A DNA stretch of 63,902 bases, the filler included, from Nemertoderma westbladi (lineage: Eukaryota; Animalia; Xenacoelomorpha), in NCBI GenBank assembly GCA_032718475.1. It is 4 parts of 4 records of this genome, joined end to end, with 100 filler letters (N's around TTAATTAATTAA, not from the genome) between each part and the next. Parts side by side here need not be neighbours in the genome. Positions count along the whole stretch, not along the records: positions 1 to 17,927 come from JAUCBJ010001828.1; 3 more parts are not named here. One strand, 5' to 3'. The position numbers were made by a program, and so were the translations under genes. Below, piece by piece: positions 1-13,878 of this stretch (positions are counted from its first letter, which is position 1; each line of letters opens with the position of its first letter). The notes under the pieces are model-generated. The model saw only the letters and a program-made list of their open reading frames with translations. It ran no database searches and was not told where the DNA came from.

Positions 1-1168
1 CAAATTTACAAGTAGTGAGCAATTTTCATAAATTTTGAAAGTTAAAATTTTCGGCTAATTGTTTTTCAATACAGGTTTTCTGTGGAGCAAAATCCATTGG
101 AAAATGTTTAAAATTGATCTTATTACTATAAATGATTGTTTTAGGTCCTCTACATACCCATTTCGTACCCATCACTAAAAAGTAAAAGTTTGAGATGTCC
201 AGTGTTGTTTCTATTGATTCCATCGGATTCAGGACCCCCATAAACATGTATATGATAATATATATTGCTCAATTTGCTTATTTTCAAAAAGTTAGTTTTG
301 GCACAAAAACTTTCACCTACCGGCGAAAAATACAAGTTTGAAAAATAGTAACAAAACAAGTATGCAATTTTTACTTATTCCATTGAATTCAGAACCCTCA
401 TAAATCCGTGTAACGAAAGAAACAAAGGTGACACAATCAAATGATATATTTGATGGTTTTCAAAATTAGGTGCTAGCACCAAATTTTGCACCCACTTCCG
501 AAAAATACAAGTTTGAGATGTCTAGTTAAATAATTATTTATTCCATTGAATTCACAACCGCCATAAACCTCTAAAACGCGAGAAATAAGTTGTCACAAGC
601 AATTTAACTATTGAAAGGATTTTTTTCAAAATTTCATACTGGCACCAAATTTTGCACACAGCATCGAAAAAAACAAGTTTGATACGCGTGGTTCAACCCG
701 TATATATTCCATCGAAACCAGAACCCCAAAAAACCGCTATTGGGTAAAAAATACAGGTTCAAACAATCAATTTACAAAATTGACATATTTCAAAAATTGG
801 TGCTGGCACCAAAATTTGCCACCCGCAGAAAAAAGCAAGTTTGAAATTTCTAAATTAATTTATATTCATTCTATCTAATAGCAAACACCAAAAAACCAGG
901 TGTAAATCAAAAATAGAGATGTTACAAACCAAACCATATTTCATGAAATGTAATTTTCAAAAAAATTTTAAAGTTAATAAATGGTGCTATATCTCGAAAA
1001 CTCCCCAATATTTTTGAAAACCTAATAAAAAATTAGGAAGACAATGGATTTTTAGGAAAAGTCATAAAATTTCAGATTCCCAACTGCGTTTGTTTTACAG
1101 ATATAACAAAAAACCACGTGGTGTCATATTGAACACCCCCCCCCCCCCCCCGGGTTTAATATGGTTAA
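1..1168. repeat. Degenerate AT-rich repeat array, probably the interior/end of a non-autonomous DNA transposon
   Basis: Recurring blocks (AAAATACAAGTTTGA..., ATTCCATTGAATTC..., TGCTGGCACCAAAATTT) every few hundred bp; ends near a poly-C tract followed by GGTTAA. Confidence 0.45.
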
Positions 1169-2947
1169 AAATAAAGAAAAGAGTTATCCAGTCCATGTCC
1201 ACCATGCTTATCCTATATATATAATGCTGTATAGTGTCTGGTACGTACAGACCAGAGCTTGTTTTATCTGAATTCGGAATAGAATTTGAAATTTGGCGCA
1301 ATAGAAATTGTTTTACTGTTATTAATATCAGGTTGGAGATTGACATTGTGTACGTACATTGTACTTGACACAATGTGCACGAGTAATCATTCTGGTATTG
1401 CCATCAAGTCAAGAGATTTGTGTCCTTTAGTAGAAGATAGTGCATAGATGATAGAAAATGCCTACCAATTCATCCCTTAGTAGAAGATTTAGCACAGCAC
1501 TGAATCCCTCCCATATAGGAGTGCTGGTTCTTATCAATCTCGGACCATTTAAATAATATATTATTATATGTTGGATTATTATTCTTGGGGCCGTACACTT
1601 GGGGCATTATGTGCCTTCATTCATTGAACGCTCATGCATTCATGTGGCACCATGACTTCCATAATCTGAATGCGAATGACGTTATACCCGTGGTCGAGCC
1701 AGACTCAGTACCCTGAGGACAAAGACCCACTTACTAGACAGAGTAGTGGGAACTTTTTCTTGTAGTGGTCATAGTTGCGATCAGTTAAAGTCTGCACGAA
1801 TAAAGGTTCTAGAACATTCACTAATAATATAAATATAAATAAATATAAAAAAATGGGGCCCCAATACCGAAAAAGTGCCGAATAATATAATATACTGATC
1901 CAGATATATGGCAATGGTTACTGGAAAAGCCCCAGCATGTGGATTTTGTGGCAGGCTAGATAGGTAGCATTAGACCTCGGTAACTCTTGGTTTTCCAAAT
2001 AACGCCCTTCTCCTTCGCTGTCTATTCGATATTATATAAAATATTTATGCATTTTTTGTTCAACACATACTCTCACTGTACTTACTGTAGAAAAGTAGCT
2101 AGACTAATAAGAGTAAAAAGTAATATATTATTAAATTTCTTTACAGTTTATGAAATATTTCTTAATATGATCGCGAGGAATTTGAAAAGAGATAGTTTCA
2201 CCTCCCTCCTCCTTACTGGGTGAGCCATAATTTTTATTTTTGCTTTCATTCTTTAGCTACAAGCATTTGAAAAAGGTGTCTCCGACGATATTGCACCAGT
2301 TACACCGCAGTTATTCTTCAACCTTATAACGATTTGTTGATATTGACGGAAAACTGGCCATGCAAGGATTCCAAATATGAAACACAATCTGAATATTATT
2401 GAAAAAAAAGCTGAAATATGGGCTTTTAACATTGCATAGTTTTGCATCTGTGTGCAGTGAGTCTATTCTATTTTATTTAGTAAATACACCATGTTGTGGA
2501 ACAAGATTTGGAAGTGAGGAAATATCAGTGATGCGATAGATACTTTAATACTTTAAATCACATTATATGTAGTGTAATATCTATAAAGTTCTACTACAAA
2601 GTATCAACTATCGCTGTTATTCTCCTCATTTTGATCAGTTTCCCCATGTCCTTTCAAGTTTTAGAAGTGAAATAAAAAAAATAAAAAATAAATTTTGGCT
2701 CACTCATGGAGGGGGAGGGAGGGGGAGGTTTCACATTTCATGCAATCTCATTGAGATATGTAGAAAAAAAATTTTGGGGAGGGGGGGGGGGGGGGGTCAT
2801 GTACCTGAATTAATGTATGTGTTCGGTAATATAGGCCTACATTCGAAATTTCAAATAAGAAGAAATAAATATCAATCCAATCAATTTAATTCAATTAATA
2901 ACACTTCATTCCAGGACATGGTGTACACTGATGAACAACCGCCATTT

Positions 2948-3372
2948 TACTACTACTACTATCTACATGCTGCATGCAGCTGCAATATATATATATTATC
3001 TAGATATTAAGAATGCTATGCCGGCTTGTCGACAAAATTGTGCCGCCGCAACTCCCTATCACCCATGACATTTGCTAGATCATCCACATATTCAAAGCCA
3101 GTGTCCTTTAAAATGCGTCTCAAGAAATTCATGGGCTGTCCACCATGCTTATTCGCGCCATAAAGACGCCAAAGCACAAGATTATGCACTGACTGGTCCT
3201 CACGGCGAAAGCAATGCCCTGCGAACTGGATGCGGCTCCATTCAAGTGTCAAGCCAATGAAGACAAATTAAACACCTCCAATGTTGTATAGAGTCTAATT
3301 GGAGATGTGTTCATTGTACTTACTTGACACCATGAGTCCGGCACAGCATTCTTGTATAAATGACATCCGAGA
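2948..3372 (-). mobile_element. 3' fragment of RTE-type LINE (family B), diverged
   Basis: ORF 3016-3252 (FAGHCFRREDQ...NFVDKPA) matches the C-terminus of the RT ORF at 30470-31852; (TAG)n tail at ~2948-2962. Confidence 0.85.
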
Positions 3373-4171
3373 TTTATTATTTGTATTTTGGGTGAATTAG
3401 TGGTTTCACATTATTATAAATTTTATTTATTTATATTTATTTATTTATATTATTATTTACCTCTTCATGGCCTCCCTCGATGTAGCAAGTGGTTAAAGAC
3501 AACCAAGAACAGTGGGATTTGTCACCAATGGGGATATCTGTGAGCTCAGACTCAGATACACGAAGTATCTCAAAGTTATCAGGCAATACCCTGTCATTAT
3601 TTAAAAACTTCTCAAAGTAGGCCTTCCAACCTTTGAGGCGTTCAGAAATTTCAGAATTCTCCTCTGTAAATTATCACAATGTGACTTATTCGCACCTCAT
3701 GAAAAGAAAAGCTTTGTACGAAATACAATAAATTAGCATGTACTACGACCCCAATGAATGTATTACATCAAATTCGCACCCATCTCCTACCGAAATGAGC
3801 TGTATAAACAAGAAATGTCAATAAATATATCTTTAATTACTTTTAAATTTGGTACAAGCGTAACATGCCACAATAATATGCAGATAAATTAAGCATAAGG
3901 CTACCTTTTTTATGTATTCCTTTAAAGTCAGTAAACAAAAACATTTATGCAAAGAATTGGTGAAATTTTTATCGTAAATCCTTGCATTTTAGACACATTT
4001 TTTTATATTTTACAGAATTTGAGAGATGTAAAATGTCAACGAGGATAATGTATTGAGCTATGGCTGTAACTTATAATTGATATGTTAATTACTAATTAGG
4101 TCTACTAACTATAATATACATTCTGTTGATCTAACACATAGCGCACACAGTATCTAGAGTTCGCAGTAATT

Positions 4172-5488
4172 ATGGAATTGGTTGGCGTGGCTTTGTCATT
4201 ACTTTTATTTATAACAGTGGGCGGGGGTGTTACTGAACATGGTGGAAATACTACCCGGACAATAATGTCTGCAACAACTGAACTAAAGAGCAAATTATTT
4301 TCAAACTATTACCCCCAGACCCGACCAATCAACAATCAGAATGATATTATTGTTGTGAATGTTCTATTTTATCTAACACACATCCTAGAAGTTGATTTGA
4401 TTCATTCCACATTCACATTTGCTGGATGGTTTATGACTTTCTGGGAAGATGAAATGCTCAAATGGGATCCTGCCGATTTCCTTGGCATCGATGAGATTAT
4501 AGTTACACCTAATGAAGTTTGGACACCCCGGATAATTTTGCAAAATTTGCTAGATATTGGAACTTCTGATACGGCTAGATACCTTACTATCGAGTCGACA
4601 GGTCAAGTGAATCAATATGAAAGAGTGAAATTGCAATCAGCACAGAACTTCAAGGCATCACATTTTCCGTTTGACATTCACCTTTTGGTTCTTAATATCT
4701 CTTCTGGTATATACAATGATAGACTGGTCGATTTGCGCTGGATTGAAGATAGTATGACTGAAATTATGGCAAATGTTAATCTGTCATCCAATGTGTGGAA
4801 TTTGGAACAGAGTTTTATAGCTTCAACTCCAACCAAATTTATAATGAAGATGGGAAAAGATCTGGAGCAATTTACAGTTTTAACTTACGCCTTAACATTG
4901 CGCAGAGAACACTTTTTCTATGTTCAGAATATAATTACTCCATCAGTCATCATAAGTATTATATTTCCTTTCATATTCATAATACCACATGAACAAGGAG
5001 ATCGTATCAGTCTTGGATCTGCACTGTTTTTCTCACAACTTCTTAATCTGGTTGTTGTGCAGAATTATGTACCTCCTGGAGGGCGAGGCATCCCTATTTT
5101 ATCTCGATTATTTTTCTTGAATATAGTAACGACCCTTTTCAGTATAATCATGTGTGTGATTTTATCTCAGGCCCATTTTACTGTCACAAAAATTGTTTCA
5201 AATCAACAAGTTATTACTTCTTCAGGTATAAAGAAAAATGTTTCATTGCAAAGTGAAATTGAAGATGATGTTAAAATGAATCGCAAATTAAAATTGAAAC
5301 ATCGCCAAAATATTTGGCAAAAACGTTTAGTTTACGCAGACATATTTATGTTCATTATTATGTCTATTATTGTATTTTTTAATAACCTGTATGTAATGAT
5401 GACATTTTATAATGGAAATGATAGCAAGGAAATGATGGCACTTTTCATGTCGGAATATCAAAATATAATATTAGTTAATGCTGATTGA
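4172..5488 (+). CDS. Pentameric ligand-gated ion channel subunit (nAChR-like), intronless, lacking Cys-loop cysteines
   Basis: 438 aa; signal peptide; Y..QTRP, WEDEMLKWDP..F.GI, VWTP, FPFD, LRR..FY..NII.P motifs; four TM segments; GDRISLG at start of M2. Confidence 0.9.
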   Translation: MELVGVALSLLLFITVGGGVTEHGGNTTRTIMSATTELKSKLFSNYYPQTRPINNQNDIIVVNVLFYLTHILEVDLIHSTFTFAGWFMTFWEDEMLKWDPADFLGIDEIIVTPNEVWTPRIILQNLLDIGTSDTARYLTIESTGQVNQYERVKLQSAQNFKASHFPFDIHLLVLNISSGIYNDRLVDLRWIEDSMTEIMANVNLSSNVWNLEQSFIASTPTKFIMKMGKDLEQFTVLTYALTLRREHFFYVQNIITPSVIISIIFPFIFIIPHEQGDRISLGSALFFSQLLNLVVVQNYVPPGGRGIPILSRLFFLNIVTTLFSIIMCVILSQAHFTVTKIVSNQQVITSSGIKKNVSLQSEIEDDVKMNRKLKLKHRQNIWQKRLVYADIFMFIIMSIIVFFNNLYVMMTFYNGNDSKEMMALFMSEYQNIILVNAD

Positions 5489-5899
5489 AAATTATTAAAT
5501 TTTAGTATCAGAGGCAAGTAGTAGGGAATACAACTTAATTGAAACAGCGTTTGCCATAGTCTACTATGTTAAAGACTTCACCGAACGACTCTTGCCCCGC
5601 CCACTTACTATGGTTACCATTGTGCATATGTAACATGTGTTACCACTGTGTATATGTAACATATGTGGTATAAGACCAGTCCACAGACGGAAGTAATTTA
5701 ATTAATTTGTGTCTACTGGTTGGCGTTTGACCTTGAACCACAATAGGTAAAACCCAATTAGTAAGTAGGTGGGTTGCATACGTTTCGTAAAGTCTTTAAC
5801 ATGATAGACTATGACAGACGCAACAACTAAAAAAGGTAAATAAACACCGACTAATGGCAGCCACCAATATTACAATTCTACAGTTATTGCTAAGCAACA

Positions 5900-6215
5900 A
5901 GTTGTGGGGCGAGCCGCGAAGTGAGTATAAGGTTATAGTATTTATAATATTATTTTTCATTTGATTATTCTACTTATATGGGGAGGAGCGAGCCATGAAG
6001 TGAGTGAAAGCATATAGGTGTCATTGTGAGTTGTCTTATTGTCGTCTGTCGCTGTCATAAATTTTTGACTGCTAATACATGGGTTATTCCATGATTCGAT
6101 GAAAAATGGGCGAGCCATGAAGCGAGTGAAGCCTTAGCATATGGGTACCATTAACGAGTTGTGGGGTCGAGCTACGGTGAAGTAAGGTTATTGTATTTAT
6201 AATATTATTATTTTA
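5900..6215 (+). repeat. Cluster of short imperfect direct repeats (GCGAGCCAYGAAGYGAGTGAA; AAGGTTATWGTATTTATAATATTATT)
   Basis: 3-4 copies visible, just left of the Polinton-like region; may be subterminal repeats. Confidence 0.5.
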
Positions 6216-6977
6216 CTTAAATCCGTCACCATTTCTATTTTAAAATTTCTCCCACCACCTTAACCGTTTATCCCGCTATCACCATCTGTCCAATCCTATT
6301 CATCCCCCATATCATCGTCTTCGCCACCACCACCATCCAACATCTCCAACATTCCCAACAACATTTCGATTTTCTCCTCCATCTGTTTCTCCCGTGCACA
6401 TCTCTCTGCCTCCTGCGCTCTCCTATCTCCCTCAGCCTCCTTTTCCAAGTCCCAATCTTCTCCCCACACACTCTTGTTCTTTTTCGCCTCTTCCTATAAA
6501 AAATAATAATTTTTCTCTATCTCTTCCCACTCATTCCTCGGATTCAACAATCTCTCCACCCGCGCTTCTTCTTTCTCTCTCTCATACATCACCACCAGTA
6601 TCATTTCGTTCTCCTTATCAACCTCATCCACCACAATCTCATTTTCTCCCTCCTCCTCCTTATCAACCTCATCCATCACAATCTCATTTACTCCCTCCTC
6701 ATCCATGTATAATAAATAAAATAAATATGTGTATAATCATAAATGTATAATACTATAAATAAATAAATAAATTTATATAACATTTTAATAATAGTTACTT
6801 CAATCGATAACTCATTATACCAACAAATAATTTAACAAATTAAAATTTTCCACCACAAAATAATAATTATTATTTTACCATGTCTGGCTCGTTACAGCAA
6901 CACTGCGTACAAACACGGTCTATTTATATAATAAAGTTTCTACCTCTCGAAGATTCACACTGAATGTTTATTTTTCT

Positions 6978-7640
6978 TTATTTGAGGTTGCCCATCAGTC
7001 TCAATCTCATTGAAAATTTCTTCATCATCCATATCATTGACGATGTCCTCTTCAAAGTCGCTGATTCTTCATACACATAGCTAGGTGTTTTATTCGCGAT
7101 GAGATCAATTTTTCGCTTAAGCGCTTGTTCTTTCATGGCTTTAGGTGTTTTCATCTGAGTGCTCACACCCCCAACGAGGGTATCAATATCCTTATAATCA
7201 TTCTTTTTTTCAGCGCCGTCTCGCCGTTCATTTTCCGCAATCATTGGCAACCAGATTTTGTTCTCACCCATTTTCTTAGCGGTGACTTTTACTGCCTCGG
7301 ACGTCTTCAGCTCACTAGTGTTGTTCGGCATTTCCACTTTCATTAGTTCCTCGTCCACTAATTCATCAATTGCAACCTCAACAACTAACTTTTTAATCAG
7401 TAGAAAGTCACACCCAGTCGGAATATCGTGGCCCGCGTACATCTGTAATTCCTTAATTATCTTGACATTTGTGTTGTTTCGAAGGATGAAAATAACCTTG
7501 GTGTCGAAGTTGTGGGACAAATATATCCCGTTTTCGTTAATGATCAATGTGTACCTTATACTAACCTCATCGATATTCTCTTTAACATTCTTTTCTATGT
7601 TAAAGTCGAGCAAACAGAATTCATCCACTCTGAGATTCAA
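6978..7640 (-). pseudogene. Unknown ORF remnant within the Polinton-like region; part of a longer disrupted minus-strand gene ~6270-8320
   Basis: 220-aa open frame with coding-like composition, flanked by shorter frameshifted pieces; no recognised domain. Confidence 0.4.
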
Positions 7641-8966
7641 CCCATCGTAATATAGAACACCCTTCCGCTGTCACCTATATCATTCACTTCCCAAACGCCA
7701 ACAAATCGTTGTCGTTCAAAATCGTAGATATATCCGATGTACCCTCAATCTTCGAACTCCATAAAATTCTCATCGTGAATTTCCTTCTTCTTTGGTTCAA
7801 TATGGGAAAGAACGACTTTGCCATAGATGTTTTGTAAGACATCTAGAATTCTTCGCGAGATAAAGATTGATGCACCGTTTTTCCCAATGCGTAAGTATGC
7901 ATGATTTATTGGTGTTATAAACAAATTACCTCGTAATTTGTCTCATAATTACCTCATATTCCTTGTAATATTCAACAGCTATTTTCTTATAATTGAGGAA
8001 GTCAAATAGGAATCTTATGTTCTGGTAAGTAAGACTTACCGATTCTTGCACGACGTTGCAGCCTTTGTTGGTATCACCCCAACTGTTGAATCAAACGTAT
8101 TTCCTGTTAAATGCTTTTAATTCTATTCCTTCCTCCAAACACTCGAGACTCCACAAACTCTTACCCGTAGCCACTGATACGTATGGGGCGAGTGCACTGC
8201 TAGTAGAGATACCGCTTAATGGCATCATTTTTGGTTGTGATGGTTTCACAGATTCCATCAACAAATTTTGTGAAATATTAAGTGTAAAAATAATCAATAA
8301 TATTGCGCTAAACAATGTATGAAAAATATGAAATAATGAAATAACCTGAATGATGAAATAAAGTATTTTACGGCGTATTTATAATAGAATGATGGGCTAT
8401 CGGGATATCGGGTTTATTTTAACCACTCAACCAGTTTAATCATTATTGTCCTGTGAGAATTTTTTTTTGAAAAACTTCCCGAATTTCAATGGAAATATTT
8501 ATTTACGTTTAAAATGGTTGACGTAAGTGGTAACAGCTTTGCGCCGGTGATTATTGTGGCCAGCATAAATTTCTATACCCTCACACCGAATTTCCACAGA
8601 ATATTACTCACAGTTAAATTGATTGGCGTCAGCCCTAATAACTGCGTAGCTTCTCGGAAGTTTCATAATTTTATGCATGAGCGAATTTAATTTAATGCTG
8701 GCATCATAAAACTTTCTTGTTGGATATTTACTGTAATCATTTAATAAAAACGAATGATCGTGGCGAGCGAACGACGTTTTAAAAGATGACACCCATTATA
8801 AATATACCCATTGGCCAAAATATTATTGATTAAGCGGTATGACAATGTCCAGGCAGCTTGAGTCTATATAAGATCATTTTTTCAAATATATTATTCATTA
8901 TTTCGTTTCTTGTCAGAATTTTTTTAGGTAAAATACGCCGTAATAAAAAAATGTTTCCACATTTTT

Positions 8967-9459
8967 GTGTGTGAAAATAGTTACTGTGGGCCTAATTCAA
9001 TTATTCCAATAAAAATTGAATTGTTAACCCCGACAGCTCGAGCGCCTGTATACGGATCATATAGTCCCGCTGGGATTGACATATATAGTGCTGTGAATAG
9101 AACAATAGAGCTGCACTCGCGAATGTTAATTGAGACTGGCGTTAAAATATATTTACCCAACAATTATTTTGGAAGAATTACACCGACTTTTACCTGGAAT
9201 CGATGTTGTCGAATGTGTTTTGGATTCGAGCATTGCACGCATTAATATAGATAAACTTGTAATCATATTGGCTAACAACACATCCAAGGAATACATTGTT
9301 ACATCAGGCGATAAAATGTGTCAGGTTATATGCCAACAATGTAATGCGCCAATACTCTACGTTTCTAATATTTATTCGGATGATTATTTCGGGCTTTTAC
9401 CGATGAATTTAACGCCATATGGGGAAGAGATTAATTCGGCATTTCACCGTACATATTAA
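8967..9459 (+). pseudogene. dUTPase, frameshifted
   Basis: ARAPVYGSYSPAGIDIYS (motif 1), IETGVKIYLPNNYFGRI (motif 2), then in the second frame GIDV...LDS and GDKMCQVI (motifs 3-4). Confidence 0.85.
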
Positions 9460-9781
9460 ATATGTTTCATTAAACGCATAACATTAAACTCGGTTGGTGA
9501 CACATGTCAATACTATTTCAATTCTCTTACACGTTTTATAAAGCCTAGATAATAGAGCATATAAATAGGAAAATTTGTCAGTTCAGTAAATTTTGGTTGG
9601 TTAAATGGTTTCTAGTGCAGGATGGCTGACTGGGTATTGGATATATTTATCTACATAAAATCTACCGCATCCCTTTCATCGGTATAATATTAATTATGAA
9701 TTAAATTTAAAGCATAAAGCAATATTGTAAATATGTTTTCTGTACCTACGTTAATAATATATTATAATTGTAATAATTGTA

Positions 9782-12700
9782 ATGATGGAGATTAATTGCG
9801 TTTTTTATGGTTGTACTATACTTAAGAAAAATTATTTACGGCATTTACACATACATTTCGATGGGTATGTTTGCGATAATTGTAATTGCCAAACTACTTC
9901 CGAAAGAATAGCAATATTTCACAGTAATAGATGTTGTGGGTTGTCTGGCCTGAATTACACCTACCACAGTTATGCGCTATCCTGCCCGACATGCTCTGAT
10001 GATTTCGAAAATTTCGATTCATATATCGAACATAGTTGCCATCAAAACCATTACAATTCTCGCAAACGCAAACATAATCAAAAACAATCAGAACCGACAT
10101 TTCAACCGGATCTCAACGTTGGTTTGCCTGTAAGCATTACAAACAGCTCAGATATACCCAACGAAGTATATCATCTCTCAAAAACATGTCATGAATCATG
10201 CGTTCAGGAATTTACCCATAATGTGCCATCTAATGAGATATATCTGGATGTGTCGAATTATTTAAATTATATGCGGATATATGCTTCACGCGCTTTTTAA
10301 ATTGACTGCGTCGACTTTTATTGATATGTTTTATAAAGTGTGGGTTATTGCTTCGGTAATAATGGAACGTGATGATGCTAATTATACTTTACAAGATGAA
10401 TGCCATTTTACTTCGACCGACTTCGACCATTATACTTCGACATTGAAAGTAGCGCAGAGTTTGATGCGTGGTACTCCACAGTCATTTCCCATATCAGTGA
10501 AAAAATATCGCAATTTATTATGCGGGGTAGCGGTTGGAAACTTGTAACTGTATCGTGCATCAAACTTACTATTGCATCATACTTGCGATCAGTATATCGT
10601 TTTGGGCATAGCGGTAATGCCAACCAATCAATTCCAATAAAATTAAAAAATAAACATTGTATAATAAATGTGTCGTGTATTGAAGGTGAATGTTTTAAGT
10701 GGGCAGTCCTGACAGCAAAATTTTCAAAACATATTTCAGATGATCACACACTACGCCATGTTTCACGCCAAAGTTCTTATAATCAGTATTTAGGGTTTTT
10801 TAATTTAAGCGAATTAGATTCTACCCTATCATGGAAACTAAATATTCTAAAATTTTAAAAAAATAATCCAAATTATTTAATAAATTTATTGTATTTCGAT
10901 AGAAGTAGCGAGAAAATTTCCTTTCTACGACACCCAAGCGCTAAAAAAGCTGAAGGTAAAAGACTGCTAAATTTATTGCTTATTGAATGTCAAAATTTAA
11001 CCTCAACAAACCATATCGTTGGGGTTTCCAACTTAAATAGATTATTTAATGGTCGTGGGGAAGGCAATAGCAACACTCATTGCCTTCGTTGTGAGTGATG
11101 TATTTGTGGCTTCTACAGTCCAAATGCATTAGAATGCCATAGATTGGGATGTTGGCAAGGTGGGCGCCAAATAGAGGAGATGCCATCTAAACTGAATTTA
11201 CACTTTACTAATCACTATAAGTCTGTTGTGAGTACACCTTTTATAGTATATGGGGATTTCGAAGTGGTGCTAGCCCCAACAAATAATATAAAAAAATATT
11301 ATATAGCTGAACATCTCCCTTCGGCTGCTTCATATTTGATTGTCCCCAATAGCGAATTAATTAACCCACCAAATTTATTTTGTCTACATTTAGACAAAAT
11401 ATTGATAATAACTCGGTATAGAATTTTATCGATAGTCTGGTTTTTGATTTATTTAAGTGTTATGAATGGTCTACCTTTAACACGCACCACCCCAAACACC
11501 TGGATCACATACAACACCAAGCTTATATGCATGCCACAAATTGCTTTAATTGTAAATCATTTTTTCGGGAAGATATAAAACCAAGTGGAATGCATCACAA
11601 CCATTACAACGGAGCTTTCATTGGTGTGGCATGTATTTCCAGTAATAAACAATTAAGTGTTAAACGTCACCTATTCCCAGTTGTCTGTCATAACTTTTTT
11701 TCTTATGATTCCCATTTAATTTTACAAAAAGGGTTCGCTGATAATAAATGTAAAAACTGGAACATTAAAACCATCGCAAAAAATACTGAAAGGTATATCT
11801 CACTTCGCATCGATATCCCAATGTCAGAAGCACTTAGCGTGCTTGGTTATGCTATTCCAGAAAAGGACGTAAGAGGGCTCCCAACCAGCAAATCAATAAC
11901 TATACAGTTTATTGATTCATTCGCGTTTATGGGGTTTTCCCTTTCTGCTTTGGCTGGGTTTTTGACAAAAGATGTGTTAGATTTAACAACCGTTATCCCA
12001 CACACTGTGAAGCAAATGAGAAAATTATATCCAAATGTAACCGACGAAATTTTACGACGTAAGTCATCTTTCGTGGGAACAATTTGGATGTGAGGCACTT
12101 TTTGATTATTTGGGAGCTTACTTACATCTTGACGTGTTGCTACTAGCCGATATTTTCGAAAATTTTCGAGCTTATTTTACTAAACATTATTCACTTGAGT
12201 TCTCGAACTACTGCACGATGGCGGGGGTCAGTTGGGACGCAGCCTTGAGATATTCCAAGTCACATAGTCGTTTACTCGCAGACCATGAAATGTATTTAAC
12301 ATTCGAAAATTCCATTAGGGGTGGTGTTTCTTACACCAACCTCATATCGCAAATTCGAATATACCAGGCACAGAAACATATGACCCTAATAAACCTGAAG
12401 CTCATTTATATAATTTAGATTTCAACAGTTTATACACCGGTTCTTTGTCGGAGAAACTTCCTTATTCTGACTTTGAATGGTTCGACGTTGATAGTGTCGA
12501 TATCATGAGTCTGGAAATTGATGATATATACGGATATTTCGCGGTAGTAGACCTCGGATACCCTACGACTATTCATGATGCCACAGCCGAGCTTCCATTA
12601 GCGTCGGAGCATGTTAAACTCGATAGTAGGTATCTCAGTCCATATATGGAAAGTCTTTGGCGGCATTATAACGGTGATAAAATTTTCAATTGCCCAACGA

Positions 12701-12862
12701 AAAAAATTGATGTTAATCCAATTTGATAAGTATGAGTACGGTGTACATCTAAAATTATTGCGCTTTTATATTCATCATGGAATGTGCTTGATTAAAGTCC
12801 ATAAACTTATTAGATTTAAGCATCAGCCCCAAAGCTTTATGTTTATATGCCACCCATTGTAG
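9782..12862 (+). pseudogene. Protein-primed family B DNA polymerase with N-terminal Zn-finger region; multiple frameshifts, C-terminally truncated
   Basis: GSGW, IINV...CFKWAVL, FIVYGDFE, CxxC..HNHYNG, VCHNFFSYDSHLI, FIDSFAFM, DVLLLADIFENFR, IRGG and LDFNSLY motifs in order across ORFs; motifs B and C not seen. Confidence 0.88.
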
Positions 12863-13878
12863 AATAGTGGGCTGTAATGTATTTTAGCATTGTCAACAGT
12901 AACATAAGTTTGAGGTTAATTGGTGGTAACATATCATTCGATGTGCTGACTAAAGGAATTCTAAATGGGAAACTCATCTTAAAGCCTTTTCAATATATCA
13001 CCAAAATTTGTGGAGGGACGTGTCTCTTTTTCCCGAGCGGTAAGGTCACTGTCACCTAAAATAAAAAAAATTATTAAGTATATATATAAGCATACTGATT
13101 ATAAACTAACTTTTATTTCAATCAATAGCCAAACTTATTTTATTAACAATCTAGACATAGACTATAGGAAATTAATGAAAACGGCTGGATTTCATTTTTT
13201 AGATAATTATTATAATGTGGAAGTGAAATATAATAATTAATTAGTTAAATATATTTAACAATATTCTTGTGCAGTTTTATCATCGGGGTAAAACTAGTTC
13301 TAATATCATAACATTTTGTGTTTTTTACACACGAAATGTTGTGTGTATGGCTAGACCCAGGATATTTCGATCATTTCGTTTTTAAATTTTATTGGTGATT
13401 TAGATAGTAATATTTAATGTAGATTTGTTTTCTATGTATTTTCATTGTTCGCATTATATAATGTGTTTATTATTATTGGTGTTAGGTTTTAAGAGGTGCA
13501 TTTACGTTTACATAAATCTAGTCTGTCTGAAAATTATTGCTAATTTCCGCTAGTAATATTTAATTAAATTCATATATTTTATTTTATGTATTCAATGATC
13601 CAAAGTTGTGTAGTGTTTATAATAATAATAATCACGGTGATATCTAGGGTGAGTCATCTGTATGTGATCCAACAAAATTGTCGTTGTTGTGTAGCGATTC
13701 TTGTTCGAGAAATTGCAGTGTTAACTACTTATAGTATAATTATAATTATTTGGTTTTACTACATGAAAAACCACACTCGTGCATATACTCGATACTATTT
13801 ATAATGGTGACAATGTTTTATTACTCGCTATTGTTGTTCTCATTTATATATGTTATTAATATAATATATATATAATAT

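Noticed and set aside
6394-6750. Pro/Ser-rich ORF
   Set aside because: Antisense of a low-complexity acidic stretch; no domain evidence
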